This document shows positions 21,611-34,722 of a DNA stretch of 64,000 bases, piece by piece. The stretch lies in the NCBI GenBank assembly GCA_017499595.2, contig CM039008.1, positions 2,356,001-2,420,000 of the forward strand. The letters are read 5' to 3'. The translations under genes and the position numbers were made by a program. The stretch comes from Psilocybe cubensis. Its lineage: Eukaryota. Numbering within the stretch: the stretch's first letter is position 1; the number at the start of each line of letters is the position of its first letter. Below the pieces are notes generated by a model. That model had not been told where the DNA came from, did not search any database, and worked only from the letters and a program-made list of their open reading frames with translations.

Positions 21611-24600
21611 TCCTTTCCAATATGAGGCACAGGTAGACGGGTGGTTGGATGACTTGGTTGTTGATTCCTTGTCCAAATTGCAATCCAGCGAGCGTGTATA
21701 TGTGTGTATATGCGCTGTTTGTCAAGCATGATGTGTGGTTCAGATCTGATCTAGACTCCACAGGACTTAAGTAAGAGAAAAGCGAGCACAAGAGAGCAGA
21801 AAAGACGGAAAAGTGATATAACCGCCGCTGCAGAGGTAGAGCCAGATTCAGAGCCCACGAGATCCGGGAAGGAGGACTGGGAATGGAGATAGGGGCACGG
21901 AATTGAGGAGAACGGAAGGAGAAGGTGCAGAGCAGAAATCAGGATCCAGGATACGTATCACATTGACAGTCAATTTGCCTTTGCCCTTTGCTTTGCTTTG
22001 CTTTTACTTTTCCCTCCCTAGAGGAGCGTAGGACCCGATTTTGTCAAATAAGCCTAGTAGCAGACACAGTCAGACAGAAAGACACCAGAATCAGAAGCCG
22101 ATGCACGATGGACCCAGGAGAACACAACACAACACACAACATCCGACCCTTTCGCGTTTCGCATTCAGACTAGCAGTAGCATACATCAACACAGGCACAA
22201 GAATCCAGCAAAGGATAAAAAAGCAGAGCTGCCTTCAAGCTTCAAGTCGAACGAACGCATAGATGAAAAAAGATAAATAAAGAGACCGAGAGAGAATCCA
22301 CTTCAGAAAGGGAAGAAGAACCTGCCCTAAATCATGTTGCATGAAGCATGACCAAAAAGGGTTATTTGTCCCTGTTGACCAGCGCGTCCGTTGAATCCTC
22401 TTCGCGAATCACGCTGACTATCGTCGTATTCACTCTCCCTCTATAAGCTACACTGAGTGCTCTAATCTATCACGCGTTCCTCGCACCTCAGCCAGTGATT
22501 CCGAGTCCAAATCCCATTCGCAAATGGTTCCTTGCACCTGTCATGTCATTCGAATAGCGTAGATGCTCTACGGAGTTCTCCAACCAAATCAACACGGTGC
22601 GTCACTCTGAACTCTGAATTTTGAATCTTTGAATCTTTGAAAAGTGGTGGCCGATGAAACAGAGACGGGCATCTCGAGCGCGCAAGTAAGTGTCGGCTAA
22701 AGTCGTATAACGGATTCATCGCGAATTCAGTAGAAAGATATTACTATCAGAACAAGCATCCTAACTTGAATCCTGAAGCCACCGAAGAGATCTGCACAGC
22801 AGGACCGCGGGTCTGCGTGCGCGATCCACCCATTTGCATTGACATCTATATCTGGGTCTGCGCCATGGCCACCTGTCTGTCTTCTCTGGAGCTGCGTCAA
22901 AAAAGTTCAAATCAAGTTGGGAATACACTCTCATATATCATATCACCCTCGCCTTCACCCTCACACGCACACGCACATCCCACCACATATCTAAATTCCA
23001 ATCTCCAAATTCCAAATTCTAGAGAACCTTGAGCGCTTCCGAATTAATTCATATCTGAATTCTTCCCAAGTCGGTAGCATACAAGCGCCTCCGCACGGAT
23101 CGTGGAAACTCTCCTGTGACATATCTATCCCTATCGCTGTGTATGATCTCCTTCCCAGACCGTCAGCTTGGGATACCCACGACTCTCCGATGCTTGATTG
23201 GATTGCTAGTAGCTATTTGGATAGTGCCTGGGACTTGGGATACTCCACGGCGCGCCGCCGCCGCTGCCATCGCAAGACATAGGCATGGGCATAGGCATGG
23301 GCATTGTCACAGGCATACGGTTCGAAATCGGAATCGCAATTGGAATTGGAATCAACCCAACTCTCCTTAAACTTGTTTTTCTATTTATCTATTTTGTACC
23401 CAAACAAACAAACGACGAGAGCGGCGAGCCGTACGACGGCTTTCCCATCCGTAATCTACTCACATCACATTCAGCAGGATCGACGTCAAGTTTCAGATTT
23501 CAAATTTCAACTTTTCGTCCATACTCACTAGCACTGTTCTGGCTGAGCGCCACCGTAACGGACAGACAGACACAGACACAGACGCGCCCACCCACTCACT
23601 TCCACACCCACCACGCACCTCCACTTCAAGTTTCACACACCCATCCACACTCATGCGCCTCCATCCACACTCATGCGCCTCCATCCACATGCACATGCAC
23701 ATGCTCGCACACACACGCCCGTCTCATAACCTCTCCCACTCCCTTAGCCTCATTCTCTTCCTTAGTCTTCCTTAGTTTTCCTCTGCATCTACGTCCAATT
23801 GGCAGATCCGCGCCACAGCTCGGGAGGCTGCTTCTACTGCTACTGCTAGACCTCTACCTCTACCTCTACCTCTACCTACACCCCGAGTTGTCAGACGCCC
23901 GACGGCCGCGACATGCCATTAGCGCAGGGCCTGGGCTGGGTGGGCCAACAGCGACAACAGATTCAAGCACAAGTGCAAGCGCCTAGAAAGAATAAGCGCC
24001 AACGCCGGGAGAGCGCAGAGCAGGGGCAGGTGTAGTATTGTATGATATGATATCATTCTCTGTTTCTCTGTTTCCCTGTTTTTCTGTTTTTCTGTTTTCC
24101 TCAACGATAACTCGTGCTCAGTGTCAACATTAGTCTCCACTGTACCTTTACTGAATTTATTGAACCTCTATCACTACTCAGTAGTCAGTACTCAATCAAT
24201 ATTCAAGTACGCAACCTCGACCTCGACCTCAATCGCAACGACGGCCCAAGGCCTCAATGCCGCCTCCAAGTCATCGTTTATGAAATGCGAATATCATGCA
24301 GCCACATTCCCTCTCACATTCCCTCTCACGTTCTCTTTCTTTTTTCTTCTTCTTCTTCTTTCTCTTTCTAAATTCTGACCCATTGTAAAGGTATAACTGC
24401 ATCAGATTGTATCTCGTCAAATGATTGTATGATCAGTGATGATGCGATGATGCGACGGTGCGACGCCTCTGCCCCAATATCTGGGGTATAAATCAAGGGG
24501 TACCCGAGAGTCGTAAGTTGCTGATGGATGCCTCTAGCTCTCCGCGCTCCGCGGTCTGGATCTGAATACAGCGCTTCACGTTCACCTTTGGAATCTGGAA

Positions 24601-27600
24601 TCTGGATCCAGCGCACCGACGCTCGTGGAACCGAATACGTGGAACGGAGGCTGGGCATGCTATTACTGGATCACTCGCTCGCTCGCTCATTCATTCATCT
24701 ATTTTCGCAGAGTTCGGAGCCCAGAGCTCGGAGTTCGTATCTCGGTGGGTAAAAAATCAGGATAATGTACGCTTTTCTTGTATGGTGTAAATGTTTCCAC
24801 TTTACTTTGGCCATCTCTCGCGGCACCACGGCACCGCGTTGTGACACATCGTATGTGCACCGTCTGCCAGCCATAAATAATACGACGAACGCACCTCTCG
24901 ACGCCTTGTTTCTTGATTCATTGTGTGGACTTCAACTTGCGTGCCGTGAACGTGAAAAGATAGGACTCAAGCAGAGGAAAGCGCGCGGTTTTTGAGTCAG
25001 GGGAGCCCGAGCCTAAGAGACTCACGTACTTGCGAGGAAGTTGGACATTAATTAATTTGAATCTTGTTGATTGGTTGTTCCAGTTCTCCCGGGGGTGGTG
25101 TAGAAAGAACAATAGACATACAGCCTGAATCTTTTACACCGGATTTGTGAATCTACAATCAAAAAATTTAGATAAAAATGTGTGTGTGTGAAAAATACAT
25201 AAAAACTGGATGAATGACCAGTTAGTATGATATATGTAATATATGTGTATGCAATGAGAAAAGGTCAAGATTGAGGAATCCATCTTATCTTGAATGAATT
25301 TGATTGGATGTCCGACGTACGTCGAAGACTCGATGAGACTGTCCGCTCGCTGTGTACGTGATATGAGTGTCGACCAGCGAACACTCAACCATCAGGCTCC
25401 GACTAAGGTTGCCTATTCAATTCAAGCGGGATGCCTGGGATGTTGAGCAAGGAAAATTTAGACTGGCAAAAGAGGAAAGGTGGAAAAGAGGCCATGGTAT
25501 GACTTACGGAATCTCCTTGTGCATGTTCTTGTACTTTTTCAGCTCCTCTTCTAATTCCTTGAACCTTGCCTCCACCTCTTGCCTCTGCTGTGCCTCATGT
25601 TCAGTGTGCTGCCTCACTTCAAGCGCGCTCTTCGGCCTGTTGCCTCTGCTCTGCCTCACTTCGAGCGCGCTCTTCAGCCTCCCTCTTTTCCTTGTCCTTG
25701 GCCAAGTGGCATTGCTTGTTCAGGGTGTTTGCAAGTAGTGCAACTTGAATATTGTAGTCATAGACAGATAATTGTTTGTGAGGGGTGCATTGGAGGTTGC
25801 CAGTGCCTTCATTCTCAAATTCTAGGCAGCACATGCATTCTTCACCTGAGCGCTGGTCTTTGGGAGCCAACATAACAGATAAAAGGAACTTTGAGGGTTG
25901 AATGTTGAAGCTACACGGAGTTGCAGCAGGAGTAGTTTCACTGCTGTCAGATAACGCGTATTGATCTTTGCGATTGGGAACTTTGCGCTAAAATTAGAGT
26001 TGTCCGCATGATATGGATTTACGGCAGTGGCTGGATATTTCCCACTATGTTAATTGTGATAGTGGCCACCACTGGCAATGCCTTCATATAACTATACGGT
26101 GTGCAGAATCCAGATGTGAGTAACAACCTAGATAAACGCATAAATCTGACTACGTATCTAATATATAGTTAACCTAGCTGATTTGATAAAAAAAAACTTG
26201 AACATATGCGTACATTGGCAACTTGAAAACGTCCTCGAAATTCGCCTCATTGCACGTCATTCTGTCAAGGAATTAATGATAAGTAGCAAGTGATTTACTC
26301 CACACGCGGCACCTATTTTATCACAAGTCCACATATAGGGATCGCACTGCAGCCTGATCATCTGCTGCAGTCCAGATGTCTTCGGATTACTGATCAAGCT
26401 GATTCTATCGCAAAAATTCTCGCAATGTTTATCCGAGCTCCTCTCCTCCTATCTATATTTTCTTATACACAACCTTGAAATTCTGGATGACTCTTAATAA
26501 TTGTTAAGCGTATCAATTGCAAGTTATTCCAAATAGTACTAGTATGATGATATCTTGAACGTGCGCTACCCCTCGGATATGATGGCTTTATTACTTCGCA
26601 GACGCAAATATCTATGCATGTAGAAGGCCAGCCATGGGCGTGTAAACGTGTAATACGTCAATGCGATTGCTGTGTTTGAGTACTCAGTTGGTATTTTTTT
26701 CTCCTGGAAGGAAGGGAATGTTCCCAAAAAGATCATAGAGGTTACCTTTTTCTCATTATGCGGTATGTTCCATAGCACGATCGAAGCGTCTATACCACGC
26801 TGTGAGAAGGAATGGATTGATTAAACATGATAAGCAGTGTATCAACCAAATCATCAGCACACATGTTTTCATCGATAGTAACACAATCGAGTGCTGAAGA
26901 AGAAACGTGCGATACAAGGGGAGAATTAGGGACTCCTTGCCGCGGCCACATAAGTATTAGCTCTCTCCAAGATCATACGATAAGTTTATAAACTTAACCT
27001 GATTAACCATACCATAGTATGTAGAAAGAAGTATCCGATATACCTCTGTTAACAGCAGTTCTAACTGGTTTACCAAAGGAATATTCTCGTATCAAATTTC
27101 GAATGGGTGGATCATATCCAGACCGACCATCTTGTGAAGCGGAATTCTCGAAAGCTAATTACGTCTCGATCCAACACTACCAGGTAGTAATTTGGGGTCG
27201 TCAAAGTATCATCTTTTTACTTCCGCCGTGTATGATTGATTCCTCCATTTATTTCATAGAATAAGTGTTTCTTCTGACGTGTGTACAGCACTTCAAATCT
27301 CGACACCGTGGTTTTGCAGCCTTGTTGCAAACGCGTTGATAGCCAAAGATAAATATAGATCGCATTTCTGCCAGGCGGCACAATCTGACCTCCCAAAAAA
27401 ACCCATCGTGGAGGATCATCAGGATACACCAAATTGCGGAATCAATTGACCGCCCATATTTAAAAGGTAGAAGGGGTTTATCTTAGAATTCTAGACGAGC
27501 CTTTCGGATTGAAATTAGGCACAGCCTTACAAGCGGACTTTCCCCTCTTATAAGTGTACTTGGGTTTAAGTGTATTTCAAAGCAATGTATATTCGTGTCT

Positions 27601-27630
27601 ACAGCGCAAGATGCCACCGAGCACATCCGC
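20390..27630 (+). repeat. Segmental duplication, copy B (paralogous to ~10635-19560)
   Basis: Same collinear matches as listed for copy A. Similarity ends at GCGCAAGA.GCCACCGA (19531/27604). Confidence 0.85.
25503..25873 (-). pseudogene. Internally deleted remnant of the PPPDE-like/coiled-coil gene
   Basis: EECMCCLEFENEGTGN..PHKQLSVYD matches EKCMCRLEFEREGTGN..PHERPSVYD. It is fused directly to the AKDKEKREAEERA tail. The N-terminal His segment and the NCYHF segment are missing. Confidence 0.85.
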
Positions 27631-27891
27631 CTGAATTTTTTTTGCTCCAGGAGCTTGACGGCGTTGAGACTGGTGTGTTCGGAATGTCTGTGAAACTGGG
27701 CGCCAAAATCATGGGCCCTGCTAACACTGCCAAACAAGCCAGGAACGCCTGGCCCTTGCCGCCAACCATCTTTTGTTATCCACCGACTGCGACCCAAAAA
27801 CCTGATACTTGCCATAACTCTATCCTTATCGCGCTCTGGGCCTCCATATACAGGCATACGACTTGACGAATCTCCCTATTGAGCGCTTGCG

Positions 27892-30573
27892 ATGTCGGGC
27901 AGTACCAACAGGCACCACCATTCTGGTTCATTTTCAGGACATACCGCAGGCCCTACCCAGCAACAACCGTCAGCGTCCCACCACGCGCTGGAGAGCCACG
28001 AGGGCAAGGACTTTTCGAAGCGTCCAGTTCCGCAGGTACGCCCGCGATGGCCCATGATCTTCAGAGCGGAAGCTAATCGATGGAGATCTTCTGCGTCCTC
28101 CACATCGTGTTCGTTTTTTTTTTGTTTCTTTCTGGCCGGCGCGTGGCCTGCATAGGTCCCCCCACCCGCGACGCACAAGCCATCCGATCACGACTTCTAC
28201 GTATACGACGGTGGAGAGCGCAAAGTCAATCATGAGTATCTCAAGAAACACTTTTACCGCGAGGGACGTTTGACCGAGGCGCAGGCGCTGTATATCATTG
28301 AGCACGTCACCAACATTTTCTCAAGGGAGCCAAACATGGTACCGCTCAAAAGTCCAGTAACAAGTGGGTCCACTCAATGCCGATTCAGGGTCATGTATGA
28401 CGGAGACTAATGATGGGCTGGTTGGGCTGTCGTTGTTGTTGCAGTATGTGGAGATATACATGGGCAATATGTGAGATTTTCGTTCTCTCGCTTGCTGCAT
28501 ATCTCATGAGAGGGCTCTTCGTGATCAGTACGACCTAATGAAGATGTTCGAAGTGGGAGGGAATCTGCAGGACAGTTTGTATCTTTTCCTGGGAGATTAT
28601 GTCGATCGGGGGGACTTTGGTATTGAGGTGCGTGTATCGTTTTCCCTTACGTATTCATAGAGATTCACATCCAGCATTTGACGCTGCAGTGTCTACTGTA
28701 TCTGTACGCTCTCAAGATATCCAGTCCATCGCGGATAGTGCTACTGCGGGGGAACCACGAATGTCGACACCTTACAGAATATTTCACCTTCAAGCGTGAA
28801 TGTGCGTATCCATATCATCTCACCCTACCCCACCTTCCATATATCCTTCTTCGCTTCCACTTCTTTTTTCATACATCAACATCGTCGTCATTGTCACTGC
28901 CTCAGTCCTTCTAACCGGTAACTAACGCCACTGGTTTTTGCCAGGCCTCCACAAATACTCGGAAAAAGTATACGAAGCGTGCCTGCGTTCGTTCTGCGCC
29001 CTTCCTATCTCCGCTTTGGTTGACGGCAAGTTTTTCTGCGTGCACGGAGGCATCTCACCAGAGCTCATCAAGCTCAGCGACCTTGACCACGTATGTCTGC
29101 TCTTATCTTTCCATTCTTCCTTTTATGTCTCTCTGTGCACGGCGAAGCCTAGTTCCTGACGCGAATAATAGATAAATAGATTTACGGAACCTGGGTCGCA
29201 TGGATTGTTGTGTGACCTGTTGTGGTCGGATCCGATCGTCAACTTTGGGCATGAGAACGAGCCTGCGCCCACGGGGCAGGGCGTCACTCCAGGGACGACG
29301 TTCATGCACAACAATACTCGCGGATGTTCGTATTTCTACACGTGAGTTCTAGTACTGATTTGGGTTTTTTCTGCGCGAGGTGGATGTGGCTAATGGATAC
29401 CAACTTCCTCCTTTTCTTTCCTCCATCGCAATCGAATTGATGTAGCTATGAAGCTGTCTGCCAATTCCTGGAGCGGAACAACCTACTCACTGTTATTCGC
29501 GGGCACGAGGCGCAAGACGCAGGCTACACCATGCACCGCAAAACACCGAAACGCAACTTTCCCTCCGTGATCACCATATTCTCCGCCCCCAACTACCTCG
29601 ACGTGTACCACAATCGCGGCGCGATCCTCAAGTACGCGAATAAGAACATCACAATTCGGCAGTATAACTCCACAGCACACCCCTTCTGGCTACCGAATTT
29701 CATGGACGCGTTTACGTGGAGTTTGCCATTCGTGGGGCAGAAGAGTGAGTTGTTCTGTATTGCTTGTTATGGAGGTGTTCGATGTTGATTGAGATGAAAC
29801 CTTTTGAAAGTTACGGAGATGTTGCTTGCTATTTTGAGTATATGCAGTAACGACGAGCTGGCGGAGAGCGATTCGGATGGCGAAGAGGCACAGGCGGCGC
29901 CTGCAGATCTCGCTGCACGGAGACAACTCATCAAGAACAAGATTTTGGCGGTGGGTCGGATGCAGAAAGTGTTCCAACTGCTTCGGTGCGTTTCGTTTTC
30001 CTGTATCTGTTTCTTGTTATAGCGTTGACAGTGTGTTTGTTTTTTTTTGTCTTGGGATAATAGAGAGGAGGCAGAAAACGCGACGGAGCTGGATGGTGTC
30101 ACGGCTACCTCGACAGCTGTCAGTAAACCCGGTGCAGATGCACTGAGTGTCCAGGGCGCGAGACTGAACAAGAGTATTCGAACTTTTGCAGACGCGTACG
30201 TCCTTTTCCCTCCATTCCTCCTACAATCTAACCATTCCAACCCTTCTCCCAACCCTTTCTCTTATTTGTTCTGTAATCGCCTTCATATAAACATCCACGA
30301 CCCAACAGTCGCCGCTCAGATATGGCAAACGAACGTCTGCCCGAGTTCAACGAGCAGCAAAAGCCGACTATCTTCCCAGTGCCGAGCATGCGCAACACGA
30401 GCCGGCGGTCGTCCGCCGAAGGCTTGGACATGGAGGACCTCATCAAGCGCGCGCTCGAAGACGACTCGGTTGTCGACGACGGCGGCGTCGTCGAGATGCT
30501 TGCGGAGAAGATTGCGCGCGGGCGGAGTGTGACAGGCAGACCAGGGGCGTTGAAGAGGCATGAGACGACTTAA
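27892..30573 (+). CDS. CNA1: Calcineurin A (PP2B) catalytic subunit, divergent paralog-like; multi-exon
   Basis: [42 protein letters not shown] and SAPNYLD motifs. CnB-binding helix [16 protein letters not shown], CaM-binding [21 protein letters not shown] and autoinhibitory-like [15 protein letters not shown]. About 10 GT-AG introns. Confidence 0.95.
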
Positions 30574-30907
30574 TGAGATTTGTGTGGTGGTAATTAATAC
30601 TAATGTTTGTGTATGTGGAGTGGTGGTGGGTCGTGCTGTAAACTTAGTGGATGGTGTGTGTATGGATAGGATATCCCTGATGACCGGAATGTTTTGTATA
30701 CCGTTTTTTTTCTTCCTTCCTCCAGCTAGTTTTACTTTCTTTTCTTTGTCACATCGCCATTCGTGCTATCTGTGCTCGTCTACGATCATTGTTAACTATT
30801 GAATACATACATTATTGCTGTGACATTGTTTTGACCTTTACCTTGCACGTAAGATGCAAAGGGGTAAGGGGTGGGTATAGTTCCACGCGCATGTGCTGTT
30901 GGTACAA

Positions 30908-31580
30908 TTACACTGCCATGCCCGTCAATCACCGTGTGTTCTGAGCCAATGGCGAAACATGAAAAGACAACTCACTTTCCTGATAGTCGGCTGCGAGTAA
31001 TCTTTTGTTTTTTGAAGACAAGTATCGGGTTATTACGTATTCATCAAAGAACATCTAGGCGAGAGACGTACAATTCAAGGATGATTTCCGGTGGAATGCG
31101 TTCGAGAAACTCGTTCAGTGGGATCTCATCTTTCGTGTTGATCGACTCGTAGTACGTCTTGAAGCTCATATATTCCACCAGCTTCTCGACAATTATTCCT
31201 CTGTTTCAGAAATGGTAAGTCTCCTGCTAGCAATGCTGAAACTTTTACGACGGGATGTGAAATTCAACGCACCTCTCTTGAATCTCGCATACACCATTCA
31301 GAGCCTCTGCGTAGCCACCTAGGCAGGAGAAAGACGATGTATTAAGTTGTTTTGGTGATTGATAGGTATTCTAACCTTCTGGGTCTAGCATGTTGCGTAT
31401 CGTCCCGCTCGCCTGTGCGACTTTTCGTTTTACGAGGTAGGAAAACCCATCTGTGCTCTGAAGGCGTACCCAGCCTTCTTTGTTCGTCGCAAGAGCCGCT
31501 GTGGTATATTCAGAGGTTGCCCTGGTTGAAACTTAGTTTTCAGGGAAGTATTTCGGAGGAAGATAGGCTTACATGGGCAT
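30908..31580 (-). CDS. ELC1: Elongin C (Skp1/POZ fold); small exons, absent from the ORF track
   Basis: Spliced by eye: WVRLQSTDGFSYLVKRKVAQASGTIRNMLDPE|GGYAEALNGVCEIQE|RGIIVEKLVEYMSFKTYY...IPPEIILE|LLLAADYQE. Confidence 0.9.
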
Positions 31581-31764
31581 TGCTGTCACTGTCGTCTTTC
31601 AAGGGGCAGCTTTGCCTGGTTCCAGCGATGAGATTCGATATTGTTCGTATCACGTGATTTAAATGAACGCGTCGCGTAGACGCGTCTTTCGAGGATAGGA
31701 GAATGGCAAGCTGAAAATTAGCAAGACTAAGGAGTTATAATTAATTTGATGGTAGAGATAATAT

Positions 31765-32835
31765 TTATAATATCTCAGAGTGACTGAACTGTATACTAGA
31801 TTCTCTATTTCTAACCGAATTGATTGAAGAATATGCCCTGCCTTGGGCAACTCTAAAAATAATGAGCAATGGTGATATGACCTGAAAGGCTCAATTAAAT
31901 TAAGCGTTCATTTAGACTTTATAGCTTTAAAAACTTACACATATGTGCGGGAGGATGAATAGTGCAAATGAAATATATATGCCAAAGGATGCGAATGCAC
32001 ATACGATAAAAATCGTGCCCACAAGGACAATCAGGATGGAAGATTCCACGCATATAGTGACAATTCGGTTGTAATTCGAATTAAGAGACTCGTGATTGGC
32101 CATTCCAGTCTGTCTCAAAGCTCGATCGTAGTGAATTATTCGTAATGCAACGAGTCCGGATAGAACACTGTTGCAGAGAACTGTTGACATTGCAATGATG
32201 GATACGCCTGTTCCTCTGCTTATTTTGCCGAGATGCAGAGGGGAAAGAATTATGATGTCACCACCTTTGAAAAATGTCTATTAGGTTGCGCGACGTAGCT
32301 TAGCCATTAAGGATAACCATGCCAACAAACTTACCAATTGTAGCCAGCGATATAATTGCTAGCGTTCCGTATAATATGTATTTGGAAGTTGAAGAGATTC
32401 CCCTGTAGAGAATTATACATCTCCATATCTATCGAAATATATAGAATAAGAACATTTGTAAACGGCTTAATATAGACGCACCAATACGCCATCAGCACCC
32501 CACATGGTGAATGGAAGCGTAAGTGGAATACCTTTCAAGGATGCCAACACTACCATTAACGACTGAGCATCTCCTCGCTCCGCACTTGTCGACAGAACGT
32601 CTCGCATCAAGTATATGACCTCTTGGATCATTGCTCCAGTGCTGAGTGCCACCATGACGCATGTGTAGGCCAACATATATGTCCTCATTCGTTGCTCCTT
32701 GGTCCTAACGACAAGCCAGAATGTGTTGAAAAATAGCATGAGGACAATGCCGTAAGCTATTCCTGACACCACGATTGCCAGCGCTTCAATTCTGTAGCCA
32801 TTGCGGTCTTCATCGTCGATGAGTCTCAGTGGCAT
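31765..32835 (-). CDS. Agaricomycete multi-pass (7TM, GPCR-like) membrane protein 1
   Basis: Four exons. Motifs SGIAYGI, WGADGVL|IWRC, RIVTICVESS and LPHIC|VISPLLIIFRVAQGRA. Confidence 0.8.
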
Positions 32836-33312
32836 GTTTGGAGAGATTTTTGGGGTGATTGGAATAACATGAGAAACGTGTACACAGTCAATATTGGCAT
32901 ACTTATAATTTTTGAACATGACTGCGAGAATGACAATTTTGACAGCTAAGAGCAATTTGGTTATATATACCTGTAAACACCATCGTGAGTAAAATCTTTG
33001 ATGGATACTACAATCGAAATTCTGACAGTGGCCATTGACAAGACATGGACGCGCCCATGATGTCCGTGACGCATGGGCGCTGAGCGCGAGCATAATCAGA
33101 CCTGCAAATTTTATTGGTCAAAAGCAAAAGACTTCGTTGAAGCATCGATATTAATGAGACGCTGTTGCTCATTCCGTAAGCCTGACTCAAGCTCGAATCT
33201 GTCAAAACACAAAATAGAAACTATGTTCTTTATGTATATTGGTATTGCTCCCGGTCTGAAGCTTGCGACGCGTAAGGAATTTATAGTAGCCTAACGAGCC
33301 CTAAAGTATTGG

Positions 33313-34395
33313 TCATGTTGCTACTCCGTTTCCCTTGTGTTCCCGGAAATGTGTTGATTCGACTGACGGAATTGTTGTCCTGTCAAAATGAATACTAGAC
33401 TGGATTGTATGACGATGGGTGTTCACTAAGTTGGGAATACAATTTTGTTCCAAATCAGTCCTTGAGTGGCCTCGAGCGACTCGATAAATAATAAGAAGGG
33501 TTGCTATAGACTTTGAACACCAAGATTCATTAGATTTACATCTACTTTAAATAAACAATGACCTACGGGTACGTGTGGCAAAGTCAGAATAAATGCTGAC
33601 CTTCCGGTGCTTTCTAACCCGACCAAAATAAGATATGGAATCTGGATGAAAAGGTTCAAAGCGGCGGATTCAACAGTCAAGGTTATGACCCTGCTGTAAG
33701 GTGAGGAGTATCCTTCTCCGAGAACACTTTTGAGATATTGCTGGTGAAATAAGAGGCGGCAGACTATCAGTAATGTGAGGAGAACGTTAATCCCTGTGGA
33801 CAGAGCTACGAAGATGATTGATGGAAAACGTTTTTGGGCCTTCATATACAGTGCGACCCCGCCAACTGTAATTTTATAAGCCTCTAATAAATGATGTCAG
33901 AGTATTAACTTTAATCCTTACCTATGGATCCAAGGTACAATAGCATTACCAATACAAAAAGAGGATATTGAATGCGTTTCGACACCCCATGGTAAATAGT
34001 AAAGCAACGCCATATCTAATAATGCGTGCGTTAATGTGAACAACAATAATAAGCAACTATCTTACCATAAAGCAATCGTTCATCCATAGTGCAACGGGTA
34101 AGGCGTACGTCGCTCCTCCGTACAGGGATGGGAAAGTGTATCCACGAAATATTGCCGTCAAAACGATTAACGTTCCCTGGATGAACGAAACAGTGCTTAA
34201 AAGCAGTAGTGACCCGACGAGCGTATACAGATATTTCCTCATCCCGTTGACTGGAGATTTATTTCTTCCCTCAGAGAAAACTGCAAAGCAGCCACATGCT
34301 AACATCAGGACAACACCGTACGCCACTGAGGAAATAATAGTTCCAAGCGCCTGCATCTCGAGGTAGACATTCGCTCCGGGAACTAGGGTGGGCAT
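33313..34395 (-). CDS. Agaricomycete multi-pass (7TM, GPCR-like) membrane protein 2
   Basis: Same four-exon layout. Motifs SSVAYGV, WMNDCFM|IWRC, SPYSRVITLTVESAAL and LLIIYRVARG. Confidence 0.8.
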
Positions 34396-34722
34396 GGGGG
34401 TATGGCCCTGGGTTGTGTAAATGGGAAAGACGAAAGCTAGCAATAACCTTTGTGAGCTTATCGTATGCTAATGCTCAGTTAACTCCCCGGAATTGTGCTG
34501 TAATACGTATACGGGGAACAGGGCACTGCATTATTAACCTGATCGTCATATTAGATATTCGTAAGTGATCTTACCTATTTGCCCGTCCAGTGCGGGAATA
34601 TCTCTCGAAGGTATATACCATACACATGGATGTTCATTTTACAAGTATGATGATAAAAGTACAGTGGTAAATGGGTATTTACTTGACATTGTGTTGTACA
34701 AATGGATTAGCGCTCAGCATGG

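Noticed and set aside
23285-23986. 233-aa ORF
   Set aside because: It consists of simple repeats (GGCAT-type, CA-rich, CTCTAC) in an intergenic region and has no domain signal.
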